Of a stretch of 64,000 nucleotides of DNA, positions 48,590-60,606 are shown piece by piece; positions within the stretch are counted from its first letter, which is position 1; each line of letters begins with the position of its first letter. The notes under the pieces are model-generated. The model saw nothing but the letters and a program-made list of their open reading frames with translations. It made no database searches and was not told where the DNA came from. The DNA is from Squalus acanthias. Lineage: Eukaryota. The stretch lies in the NCBI GenBank assembly GCA_030390025.1, contig JASTWF010000359.1:124001-188000 (forward strand). Direction: 5' to 3'. The position numbers were made by a program, and so were the translations under genes.

Positions 48590-50190
48590 ATGAGACCCCA
48601 GAGAGATTGCTAAACAACGGAAGCAGCATGCTATAGACAGGGCTAAGCGATCCCACAATCAACGGATCAGATCAAAGCTCTGCAGTCCTGCCATATCCAG
48701 TCGCGAATGGTGGTGGACCATTAAACAACTAACGGGAGGAGGCTCCATGAATATCCCCATCCTCAATGATGGTGGAGCTCAGCACGTGAGTGCAAATGAC
48801 AAGGCTGAAGCGTTTGCAACCATCTTCAGCCAGAAGTGCCAAGTGGATGATCCATATCGGCCTCCTCCCAAGGTCCCCACCATCACAGAAGCCAGTCTCC
48901 AGCCAATTCGATTCACTCCACGTGATATCAAGAAATGGCTGAGCACACTGGATACAGCAAAGGCTATGGGCCCCGACAACATCCTAGCTACCGTGCTGAA
49001 GACCTGTGCTCCAGAACTAGCCGCGCCTCTAGCCAAGCTGTTCCAGTACAGCTACAACACTGGCATCTATCCGACAATGTGGAAAACTGCCCAGGTATGT
49101 CCTGTCCACAAAAAGCAGGACAAATCCAATCTGGCCAATTACTGCCCCATCAGTCTACTCTCAATCATCAGCAAAGCGATGGAAGGTGTCATTGACAGTG
49201 TTATCAAGTGGCACTTACTCACCAATAACCTGCTCACCGATGCCCAGTTTGGGTTCCGCCAAGACCATTCGGCTCCCGACTTCATTACAGCCTTGGTCCA
49301 AACATGAACAAAGGAGCTGAATTCCAGAGATGAGGTGAGAGTGACAGCCCTTGACATCAAGGCAGCATTTGACCGAGTGTGGCACCAAGGAGCCCTAGTA
49401 AAACTGAGGTCAATGGGAATCAGGGGGAAAACTCTCCACTGGCTGGAGTCATACCTAACACAAAGGAAGATGATTGTGGTGGTTGGAGGCCAATCATCTC
49501 AGCCCCAGGACATCGCTGCAGGAGTTCCTCAGTGCAGTGTCCTAGGCCCAACCATCTTCAACTACTTCATCAATGACTGACCCTCCATCATAAAGTCAGA
49601 AGTGGGGATGTTCACTGATGACTGCTCAATGTTCAGTTCCATTCGCAACTCCTCAGATAATGAAGCAGTCCATGCCCGCATGCAATAAGACCTAGACAAC
49701 ATTCAGGCTTGGGCTGATAAGTGGCAAATAACATTTGGCCACACAAGTGCAAGGCAATGATTATCTCCAACAAGCGAGAGTCTAACCACCTCCCCTTGAC
49801 ATTCAATGGCATTACCATCGCCGAATCCCCCACCATCAACATCCTGGGAGTCACCTATGACCTGAAACTTAACTGGATCAGCCACATAAATACTGTGGCA
49901 ACAAGAGCAGGTCGGAGGCTGTGTATTCTGTGGCAAGTGTCTCACCTCCTGACTCCCCAAAGCCTTTCCACCATCTACAAGGCACAAGTCAGGAGTGTGA
50001 TGGAATACTCTCCAATTGCCTGGATGAGTGCAGCTCCAACAACACTCAAGAAACTCGACACCATCCAGGACAAAGCAGTCCGCTTGATTGGCACCCCATC
50101 CACCACCTTAAACATTCACTCCCTCCACCACCGGCGCACCGTGGCTGCAGTGTGTGCCATCTACAAGATGCACTGCAGCAACTCGCCAAG
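48590..50190 (+). mobile_element. Degenerate non-LTR retrotransposon RT (second CR1/L2-group family), 3' end missing
   Basis: ORFs with KAMGPDNI, NYCPISLLSIISK, ALDIKAAFDRVWH and GVPQCSVLGP; stops and frameshifts. Confidence 0.88.
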
Positions 50191-50196
50191 TGGGGC

Positions 50197-53100
50197 AGAG
50201 ATCACGGGGCGAGATCACGGGAAGAGATCACGGGGGTGAGATCACGGGGAGAGATCACGGGGAGAGAGATCACGGGGAGAGAGATCACAGGGAGAGATCA
50301 CGGGGAGAGAGATCACGGGGAGAGATCACGGGGAGAGAGATCACGGGGAGAGATAACGGGGAGAGAGATCACGGGGAGAGATCACGGGGAGAGATCACGG
50401 GGAGAGATCACGGGGAGAGATCACAGGGAGAGATCACGGGGAGAGATCACGGAGAGAGAGATCAGAGGGAGAGATCACGGGGAGAGATCACGGGGAGAGA
50501 TCACGGGGAGAGATCACGGGTAGAGATCACGGGGAGAGATCACGGGGAGAGAGATCACGGGGAGAGATCACGGGGAGAGATCACGGGGAGAGATCACAGG
50601 GAGAGATCACGGGGAGAGATCACGGGGAGAGATCACGGAGAGAGATCACGGGGGTGAGAGATCATGGGGAGAGATCACGGGGAGAGATCACGGGGAGAGA
50701 TCACAGGGAGAGATCACGGGGAGAGATCACGGGGAGAGATCACGGAGAGAGATCACGGGGAGAGATCACGGGGAGAGAGATCACGGGGAGAGATCACGGG
50801 GAGAGATCACGGGGCGAGATCACAGGGAGAGAGATCACGGGGAGAGATCACGGGGAGAGATCACAGGGAGAGAGATCACGGGGAGAGATCACGGGGAGAG
50901 ATCACGGGGAGAGATCACGGGGAGAGAGATCACGGGGAGAGATCACGGGGAGAGAGATCACGGGGAGAGATCACGGAGAGAGATCACGGGGAGAGATCAC
51001 GGGGAGAGAGATCACGGGGAGAGAGATCACGGGGAGAGATCACGGGGAGAGATCACGGGGAGAGAGATCATGGGGAGAGATCACGGGGAGAGATCACGGG
51101 GAGAGAGATCACGGGGAGTGAGATCACGGGGAGAGAGATCACGGGGAGAGATCACGGGGAGAGATCACGGGAAGAGAGATCACGGGGAGAGAGATCACGG
51201 GGAGAGAGATCACGGGGAGAGATCACGGGGAGAGATCACGGGGAGAGAGATCACGGGGAGAGATCACGGGGAGAGAGATCACGGGGAGAGATCACGGGGA
51301 GAGAGATCACGGGGAGAGATCACGGGGGTGAGAGATCATGGGGAGAGATTACGGGGAGAGATCACGGGGAGAGATCACAGGGAGAGATCACGGGGAGAGA
51401 TCACGGGGAGAGATCACGGGGAGAGAGATCACGGGGAGAGATCACGGGGAGAGATCACGGGGAGAGATCACAGGGAGAGAGATCACGGGGAGAGAGATCA
51501 CGGGGAGAGAGATCACGGGGAGAGATCACGGGGAGAGATCACGGGGAGAGAGATCATGGGGAGAGATCACGGGGAGAGATCACGGGGAGGGATCACGGGG
51601 AGTGAGATCACGGGGAGAGAGATCACGGGGAGAGATCACGGGGAGAGATCACGGGGAGAGAGATCACGGGGAGAGAGATCACAGGGAGAGAGATCACGGG
51701 GAGAGATCACGGGGAGAGATCACGGGGAGAGAGATCACGGGGAGAGAGATCACGGGGAGAGAGATCACGGGGAGAGATCACGGGGAGAGATATCACGGGG
51801 AGAGATCACGGGGAGAGAGATCACGGGGAGAGATCACGGGGAGAGAGATCACGGGGAGAGATCACGGGGAGAGATCATGGGGAGAGATCACGGGGAGAGA
51901 GATCACGGGGAGAGATCACGGGGAGAGATCACGGGGAGAGATCACGGGGAGAGAGATCACGGGGAGAGATTACGGGGAGAGATCACGGGGCGAGATCACG
52001 GGGAGAGATCACGGGGAGAGAGATCACGGGGAGAGATCACGGGGAGAGAGATCACGGGGAGAGATCACGGAGAGAGATCACGGGGAGAGATCACGGGGAG
52101 AGAGATCACGGGGAGAGAGATCACGGGGAGAGATCACGGGGAGAGATCACGGGGAGAGAGATCATGGGGAGAGATCACGGGGAGAGATCACGGGGAGAGA
52201 GATCACGGGGAGAGATCACGGGGAGAGATCACGGGGAGAGATCACGGGGAGAGAGATCACGGGGAGAGAGATCACGGGGAGAGATCACGGGGGTGAGAGA
52301 TCATGGGGAGAGATTACGGGGAGAGATCACGGGGAGAGATCACGGAGAGAGATCATGGGGAGAAATCACGGGGAGAGAGATCACGGGGAGAGATCACGGG
52401 GAGAGATCACGGGGAGAGATCACAGGGAGAGAGATCACGGGGAGAGATCACGGGGAGAGATCACGGGGAGAGATCACGGGGAGAGAGATCACGGGGAGAG
52501 ATCACGGGGAGAGAGATCACGGGGAGAGATCACGGAGAGAGATCACGGGGAGAGATCACGGGGAGAGAGATCACGGGGAGAGAGATCACGGGGAGAGATC
52601 ACGGGGAGAGATCACGGGGAGAGAGATCATGGGGAGAGATCACGGGGAGAGATCACGGGGAGGGATCACGGGGAGTGAGATCACGGGGAGAGAGATCACG
52701 GGGAGAGATCACGGGGAGAGATCACGGGGAGAGAGATCACGGGGAGAGATCACGGGGAGAGATCACGGGGAGAGAGATCACGGGGAGAGAGATCACAGGG
52801 AGAGAGATCACGGGGAGAGATCACGGGGAGAGATCACGGGGAGAGAGATCACGGGGAGAGAGATCACGGGGAGAGAGATCACGGGGAGAGATCACGGGGA
52901 GAGATCACGGGGAGAGATATCACGGGGAGAGATCACGGGGAGAGAGATCACGGGGAGAGATCACGGGGAGAGAGATCACGGGGAGAGATCACGGGGAGAG
53001 ATCATGGGGGAGAGATCACGGGGAGAGAGATCACGGGGAGAGATCACGGGGAGAGATCACGGGGAGAGATCACGGGGAGAGAGATCACGGGGAGAGATTA

Positions 53101-53533
53101 CGGGGAGAGATCACGGGGCGAGATCACGGGGAGAGATCACGGGGAGAGATCACGGGGAGAGAGATCACGGGGAGAGATCATGGGGAGAGATCACGGGGAG
53201 AGATCACGGGGAGAGATCACGGGGAGAGAGATCACGGGGAGAGATCACGGGGAGAGAGATCACGGGGAGAGATTACGGGGAGAGAGATCACGGGGAGAGA
53301 TCACGGGGAGAGATCATGGGGGAGAGATCACGGGGAGAGAGATCACGGAGAGATCACGGGGAGAGAGATCACGGGGAGAGATCACGGGGAGAGATCACGG
53401 GGAGAGATCACGGGGAGAGAGATCACGGGGAGAGATCACGGGGAGAGATCACGGGGAGAGATCACGGAGAGCGAGATCAAGGGGAGAGATCACGGGGAGA
53501 GATCACGGGGAGAGAGATCACGGGGGAGAGATC
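50197..53533. repeat. 13/15-bp minisatellite, GATCACGGGGAGA(GA)
   Basis: Interleaved 13- and 15-bp units. Confidence 0.97.
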
Positions 53534-53726
53534 AAAACCTTTTTATTTTGAACACTTCTCTCTGATCTCCTCTTGATCTTCCTTGTTTGATTGAGTGATT
53601 AGTGAACGAATCTCTTCACGTAATCAAAGCCTCTCATCCCTGCTACTATCTGAGTCCACCTCTTCTGTACCCTCTCTGAGGTCTTTTCATTCTTCCCAAA
53701 GTAGGGTCTTCAAAACTGGACACGTT

Positions 53727-53867
53727 GGGGTGAATTTCCCGTGGGGTTAGGGGGTGGGTGGGGCAGCGGGCGGAGTCTCCCCCTTGTTCGCTGTAAGTTC
53801 GGTAGATGAGACGCAGAAACCCCAGAAAAATGGCAGAGTTTTGCATCTCTGTCACTGAAATTTCCCC
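53727..53867. mobile_element. ~140-bp MITE-like insertion in an old CR1 fragment
   Basis: Termini GGGGTGAATTTC ... GAAATTTCCCC. The flanks rejoin as CR1-like CAAAACTGGACA/CAGTATTCTAACTGTGGTCT. Confidence 0.5.
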
Positions 53868-54029
53868 TCAGTATTCTAACTGTGGTCTAACCAACAATGT
53901 GTGCAGGTTTCGCATTATCTCTTCTTTTGTACTCTTCCCCTTTCATAAAACATGGGCCTGGAATTTCCTCTGGAGTATTTTAATATAGGAATGTTTGGCA
54001 CCCTTCCTCAATATACCTTAAGTCTATCC

Positions 54030-54345
54030 TGTACAGGTCACTCCTGCCCAGAACTGGTCCCAATGTTCCAGGAATCTGAACTCTTCCCTGCTACACCATA
54101 TCTCCAGCCATGTATTTAACTCCCTTATCTTACTCTTCACTACATTGACTTGCACGTGACACTGGGAGTAATCCTGAAATTCCTGCCCTCAAAGTCTTGA
54201 TTATTAATCTATGTGCCAATTCCTGAAACTCTTTTTTAGACTTCAGTTCTATTCCTTCCGATGTCATTGGTTCCAACATGAACCATGATCTCGTTCCCCC
54301 CTAAATCATTTACACCTAGGCCGTTGTAACCCTGACCCTGGCACC
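54030..54345 (-). mobile_element. Old CR1 ORF1 esterase fragment
   Basis: IMVHVGTNDIGRNRTEV, homologous to 30849-31322. Confidence 0.7.
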
Positions 54346-55569
54346 TGGAGCCACTTGGGACTTCTACTCGCCTGAGTGCCAGACCTACTATTCCGACTGC
54401 GTCTCTGCTCTTCACTCCCCTCAGCACTTTTGGCAACACCTTGCGCCTCCTTGCCCTGGCGTTGCTCATTGTTAACCTCCTCAGAATTGCTGCCAAGGTC
54501 AATTCGACACTCTCAGGAGAAGCCTGCTCTGCCTCCTGTCTGCTCTTCCTTCCCCGATGAATGGCCGCTGGCTTCCCCTCCTCAGTAACTTGCTCGGCTC
54601 AGAAGACGTTGTCATTAAGTGACTGGAATTGCACGCAAAATGACAGCCAATGCATCTTCCGAATGTCCTCCCTGACCCGATGTGAAGTGTGTGCTTGTGC
54701 TCTAGTGCTGTGACCTGGGAGAGGCCTGAAGGCTCAGCCAAGAAGCCAGTTGAGGGACGTGTGTAGGAGAGGGCAACAAGGGATGTTAGTAATTGTAGCG
54801 GTTACTAGGCAGGGACACCAGCAATGTTTTTGTGGGAATAGTTGAACCATGTTTAAACATTTAGGAACAAATTCCCTAATTGCTGATTTATAACGCACTG
54901 AGAGGAGTAACCAGCTGCACGCTGCATTACAGAGAGGTCAGAGCCTTTGAGACTAACTCCACTGACTCATGAAGCGGAGGCAGTGAAATTCCTGTACATA
55001 TTGTGAAAAAATGTGGGATGGGAAAGTGAGTTACATCTGTGTCATTTGTTACAGAGTAGGATTGATGCAATCAACGTGAAGGTCCTCATGAGTTCAAAGC
55101 CCAGGGCTGCCTATCACGCAGACCTGCCAGCTGAGATTTTCTGATCGGTTTTGTCCAAAAACAGAACTAAACTTGGCAAGATCGACTGAAAGTCAGGGTG
55201 GAGAGCCATGACTCCAGCTTTCCATCTACTTAGAGCCCTGAGCAAGTTTCCACTGGTATTTTCTTCTGTGACTGGTGGTGCCTGCCCATAGAGGAGTTAG
55301 CGGGGATTAGGTTGGATACGATCCGAAAACAGGCGTGGGGATTGCGGTGCGCAATTAACTCGCGCCCGTTCATGCTGCCTGCTGTTTTACAGGATTGCTG
55401 CATGCAGCCAGCGCTCCCTGCACTGTTCATTGGCTGCACAAGTCAGCAGGGGGCCCGATATCGCGAGTGGCCAGCACAACTCAAAGGCAGCCTGCACCTC
55501 TTAAAGGGGAGGTGCATTGTGGCTGGAATAGGTGGTGGGAGCCGAATCTGTGCTGTCAAAGATTGAGGA

Positions 55570-57030
55570 ATGGCTGACCATGGCAGAGAGAGAGCACCGA
55601 GGTTTTCTGACAATGTACTAGAGGCCTTGGTGGAAGAGATGGAGGAGGAGAGATGTCCTGCATCCGCAGAGGGCAGGAGGCCCTCCAGACATATGCTCAG
55701 GAAGCAGTGGGAAGAAGTAGTGGCTGAGGTCAATGTCAGAAGTGTAGCTCCAAGAACATGGATGCAGTGCGGGAATAAGTTTAATCATCTGACACGAGTT
55801 GTCAAGGTAGGTGAGTGAGTTCATCTTCAAATGGTACAGCCTGCCAACTACACCAATAGCCTCATCCAGTGCTCAATTCACCACACCTCCTTCACCCGCC
55901 TACCAACAATCTCGACAATCAGGACGCAACCCTACCATTCATATGCTTCACCTCACCCTCACACACTTGGCACTGTTGCAAGCCTCACACTCACAACTCA
56001 CACACACCAGCAGCTATTCAACCATGACAGCCACATCACCCAAACATATTGCAGGACACTCACTGACACACTTCCCTCTTTCTTGCAGGAGAAGGTGGCG
56101 CATAACAGCAGGCAGCAGCAAAGAACTGGAGGAGGACAAGCACGCCTGCATGTTCGAACCCCCATGGAGGAGACGGTGCTGGCCATCATGGGAAGCGGCA
56201 CCGCTGAGGCCGTGGCCACTGGTGGGGCTGGAGGGATCGATGATGAGGATATCTGCACACCTAATCCTCCTTCTCTATTCCCACTTCTCCCTCATCCTAC
56301 AATCTCTTCTGACTCATAAGCTGCAGATGGTGTAAGCACGCAGTTCTTACTTTCTCCTCTCCCTTCACCACAACCCAACCCTTGTCCCTTTTCATTTCAG
56401 ATACCCAAGAACTGGAACCTGGCCAGACAGTGGAGGAAGAGGAAGAAGACAGTGATGATGAGGGGACACCATCACTCGATCTGACACTTGCAGCCACCAG
56501 CTCAGAGACTGACACTGCTCGTATTTTAGAGGCGAGTTTAGAGGAAGGATTTGCACGTGGTGAGACACCAGGCACAAGTGCGCAGGAGCCAGAGCGGGGG
56601 GAAAAGGATAGCGTACGTGCCTGCTCGCCGGAGGGAGAGGTCGCACACTAGTTCTGCTGCAGAGGAGTCAGGTGAGGACTTCGATGGGCCAGGCTACAGA
56701 AGAAGGCTGATGGGTGTACATAACCAAATACTTGGTGCACGGGAAAGTCTGTCAGAAAGCCTGCGCACAATATCAAGGAGCATGGAGGAATCCTAGCACA
56801 GGGCTTTGCGCAGAGCTTGGAGCCCATCATTTCCAACATGGAACTGGTAGCCACCTCCATCAACACACCTGTGGAACCCACCATGATGCAGCGTTTGATG
56901 GTCGATGTCTCCGCTTCCATTGCAGCACCAGCAGCATCCATCCAACGTCTGAGTGCTGCAGTGGAAGCTCAGACTGCTGTCCTCATGGCTCTGGGTGCCA
57001 GTGTTCAAAGGGGCTTCCAGGGCATTACAG
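55570..57030 (+). pseudogene. Harbinger Myb/SANT-like DNA-binding protein gene; exons 55570-55806, 56089-56248 and 56401 onward
   Basis: RERAPRFSDNVLEALVEE...WEEV...RTWMQCGNKFNHL | EKVAHNSRQQQRTGGG, then an acidic stretch. GT donor at 55807 and AG acceptors at 56088 and 56400. The second donor is degenerate and exon 3 is frameshifted. Confidence 0.8.
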
Positions 57031-58577
57031 CATAGGAACAGAAGGAGGCCATTAAGCCCCTCTAGCCTATTCCCCCATTCTTTATCATGGCTGATCTGTG
57101 ACCTATCTCCACATATCCGCCTTTGCCCCATATCCCTTAATATCTTTGGTTAACAAAAATCTACGAATCTCAAATTTAAAATTAACAATTGACCCATAAT
57201 CAATTGCTGTTTGTGGAAGAGATTTCCAAACTTCTACCACCCTTTGTGTGTAGAAGTGTTTCCGAACTTCACTCCTGAAAGGCCTGGCTCTCATTTTTAG
57301 ACTATACCCCCTAGTCCTAGACTCCCCAACCAGCGGAAATAGTTTCTCTCTATCTACCCTATCTGTTCCCCTTAATATCTTGAAAGTTTCTAAATTCTAG
57401 GGAATACAACCCTAGTTTGTGTAATCTCTCCTCGTAACTTAACCCTTGAAGTCCGGGTATCGTTCTGGTAAACCTACGCTGCACTCCCTCCAAGGCCAAT
57501 ATATCCTTCCTGAGGTGTGGTGCCCAGAACTGCTCACAGTGCTCCAGGTGTGGTCTAACCAGGGCTTTGTAAAGCTGCAGCATAACTTCTACCCCCCTAG
57601 TCCTCTAGATATAAAGGCCAGCATTCCATTAGCCTTTTTGATTATTTTCTGTACCTGTTCATGACATTTTAATGATCGATGTACCTGGACCCCCAAGTCT
57701 CTTTGGACCTCCACTTCTTTTAGCTTTTCACCATTTAGAAAGTACCCTGTTCTATCCTTTTTAGGTCCAAAGTGGATGACCTCACATTTGCCTACATTGA
57801 AATACATTTGCCAAAGTTTTGCCCATTCGCTTAATCTATTAATATCTCTATAATTTTATGCTTCCATCTGCACCAGGGGTTCACAACCGGGGGTCCGTGA
57901 CTCCCTAGGGGGTCCGTGAGAAGATTTCAGGGGGTCCGCCAGTTGGTTTGTCCAATCACTATACAGGGGAGACTACTGCTGTTTATGGCATTCTACATGG
58001 CTTACAATGTCGCCTATCTTTGTGTCATCGGCAAATTTAGATGTATGACTTTCTATGCCATCTAAGTCGTTAATAAATACTGTGAATAGTTGAGGTCCCA
58101 ACACAGATCCCTGCGGGACACCACTAGTCACATCCTGCCAATTTGAGTACCTGCCCATTATCCCTACTGCCTGTCTCCTAACCAGGTCAATAATTTGCCC
58201 TCAATTCCTTGGGCTTCTACCTTAGTTAACTGTCTCTTTTGTGGGACTTTATCAAATGCCTTCTGGAAGTCCATATAAATAGCATCCATAGACATTCCCC
58301 TGTCCACTACTTTAGTCACCTCTTCAAAATATTCAATCAGGTTTGTCAGGCATGACCTACCTTTCACAAATCCATGCTGGCTCTCTCTGATCAACTGAAA
58401 ATTTTCAAGGTGTTCAGTCACCCTATCCTTAATTATAAACTCTAGCAATTTCCCGACAACAGATGTTAGGCTAACTAGTCTATAATTCCCTGGTTTCCCT
58501 CTCTCGCCATTCTTAAATAGCGGAGTGACATGCGCAATTTTCCAATCTGAAGGAGCGGTTCCTGAATCGAGAGACTC
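57031..58577 (-). mobile_element. 5'-truncated CR1 LINE inside the Harbinger element
   Basis: RT ORF pieces 58164-58661, 57973-58158, 57589-57807, 57359-57583 and 57103-57294; tail CATAGGAACA. Confidence 0.9.
57874..57991. mobile_element. Small hAT-like insertion within the CR1
   Basis: Begins CAGGGGTTCACAACC (hAT/Charlie-type terminus) with repeated GGGGGTCCG. CR1 resumes afterwards; possible degenerate TSD TCTGCAC/TCTACAT. Confidence 0.5.
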
Positions 58578-58734
58578 CGAGCAGGCCATCAATCTGTTCT
58601 CCAACAGAGGAGTAGGATTGCTGGGGCGCCGCATGCACCGGGAGAGGGGCAGTGGCTCCATGGACCATGAACCTGCTATCCTTTCTCAGGATGACAGCAT
58701 TCCTGCTCCCACCCCTGCCACTCCGCCAATGCAG

Positions 58735-58980
58735 AAGTTGGCAGATTTTACTCAGTTTTTAGTGAAGCAAAGATGTCTCAAGCATTGGTCATCGCTGAAG
58801 TTGAGGTAAGAGAATTGCTCCCAAAAGACCCCGGGTGTATATGGCCTCCTGCGGAGAGTCCTTCGCCCCCCCCCTCCTCCTCCTCCCTCTTCCAGCAGCT
58901 TGTCCTGCTCTGCGTGGCCTCTCTTCATTCTCCCAGTCATGCTCAATTCCCAGAGGAAGCCCTACCAGGCCACCCATGTC
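58735..58980 (-). pseudogene. Harbinger transposase (HARBI1-like) N-terminal remnant
   Basis: RRRPYTPGVFWEQFSYLNFSDDQCLRHLCFTK resembles Harbinger transposase N-termini; the DDE core is absent. Confidence 0.7.
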
Positions 58981-60127
58981 TGGAAGCAACTTCTTTCAGT
59001 ACAAGCTTTTAAATGAACAAAAAAGTACTTCAGCACCAGCCAGACCCACTCCCTGTAGACAATTCAAACTATAGCCAAGTATAGAAAAGCTCCAAAAACA
59101 CATACAATTGCACCAGCAGCCGGAAGAAATAATCCAGGAACTAGCCTGTAAGTAGTTCATGATCCCTTTAAGCAGCACTGGTGGCGGGTCCGTCACGCTG
59201 TTGAACTTCGTGTTCAGCTGTGCGAGGTTAAGGCTGAAGCGTGACATTCGGCAATGGCAGCGCTGGGGTCAAACCAGCGTCACACACTGATTGACGTCAT
59301 AACCTGCCTGCTCTGCATGCTGCTGGCGCTCGTTGGGTGCGCGTGCAAACCCCTTTACCAAGGTGGTGTCCGGCGCACTTCCCACGGTAATGTGCACGCG
59401 CACCTCGGACGCCATTTTCCACCGTTCGGAGGCCAATTAGCACCTAACAGCGGGCGCTACAGAGCCCAATTTCTCGCTCAGCATATATTAATCAATCCGC
59501 AGTGATGTCTTCCGTTCCTCCACACAAATAAAGCATTAAAATGGGCACACACAGTCGATAGAACCGGAGCAGTTGACAGTCGTGCGACATCTACAAAGGA
59601 AAATTTACACCCCATATTCCTTTTTTCTTCTTCTGACTTGTGTATCCTGGCCCCTTTGTGGCAACTGTTGATCAAGAAACATTTTTGTCCGAACCTCATT
59701 ATTATTACTGTGATGGGTTTCCCAATACTTAAAATAATTTCGCCATACTTACATGTTTTTGAAGAAGATTAAGCTCTGGAATTCCCACCCGAATCCTCTC
59801 CGCCTCTCTACCTCCCTCTCCTCCTTCAACATGCTCCGTATACTTCATCTGCCCTAATACCTCCTTGTGTGGCTCGATGTCAAATGTTGTTTGTGAATCG
59901 CTCCCGTGACCTTTTACTATGTTGAAGGTGCTATTTAAATGCAAATTGTTGCTGTTGCTGTTGAAAACCCAGGTAAGGCTTGAAATCATGGAGTCAATTT
60001 TTGTGTCTGGTGTAGATCGGTCGGGCAGTGGGATGTGCCATTTTTGCAATCGAGCCTAATTTGAATGCCATCAGTGAGGTGCCAGCGCTAATCACCCTCC
60101 CTAGAGAAAATCTGGTGGGCAGGCACT

Positions 60128-60521
60128 ATTTTTTTTTATTCGTTCATGGGATGTGGGCGTCGCTGGCAAGGCCAGCATTTATTGCCCATCCCGAGTTGCC
60201 CTTGAGAAGGTGGTGGTGAGCCGCCTTCTTGAACTGCTGCAGTCCGTGTGGTGAAGGTACTCCCACAGTGCTGTTAGGGAGGGAGTTCCAGGATTTTGAC
60301 CCAGCGACGATGAAGGAACGGTGATATATTTCCAAGTCAGGATGGTGTGTGGCTTGGAGGGGAACTTGGAGGTGGTGGTGTTCCCATGTGCCTGCTGCCC
60401 TTGTCCTTCTAGGTGGAAGAGGTCGCGGGTTTGGGAGGTGCTGCCGAAGAAGCCTTGGTGAGTTGCTGCAGTGCATCTTGTAGATGGTACACACTGCAGC
60501 CACGGTACGCTGGTGGTGGAG
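60128..60521 (-). mobile_element. 3' end of the same LINE family as 48590-50190
   Basis: LHHQRTVAAVCTIYKMHCSNSPRLL...WNSLP...HHHLL, then AATAAA and a short A tail. Confidence 0.87.
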
Positions 60522-60606
60522 GCTACTTAAAGGTAGCTTGCAGCCCATTAAATGGGAGGTGCACTTATTGATAGTGGAACGTGATTTTTCTGGAGCAGCA
60601 GGCAGC

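Larger units (their letters stand above)
55298..59479. mobile_element. PIF/Harbinger DNA transposon, internally deleted and interrupted by CR1 (termini approximate)
   Basis: Convergent Myb/SANT gene (+) and transposase 5' end (-); CpG-rich subterminal regions; right end CCCAATTTCTCGCTC. Confidence 0.75.

Noticed and set aside
49921..53576. RDHGE/RSRGEITG RS-like protein ORFs
   Set aside because: All three frames of a 13/15-bp minisatellite.
59478..59699. Possible small exon after TTTTCCTTTGTAG on the minus strand
   Set aside because: All frames stop within about 40 codons, with no donor and no recognisable peptide.
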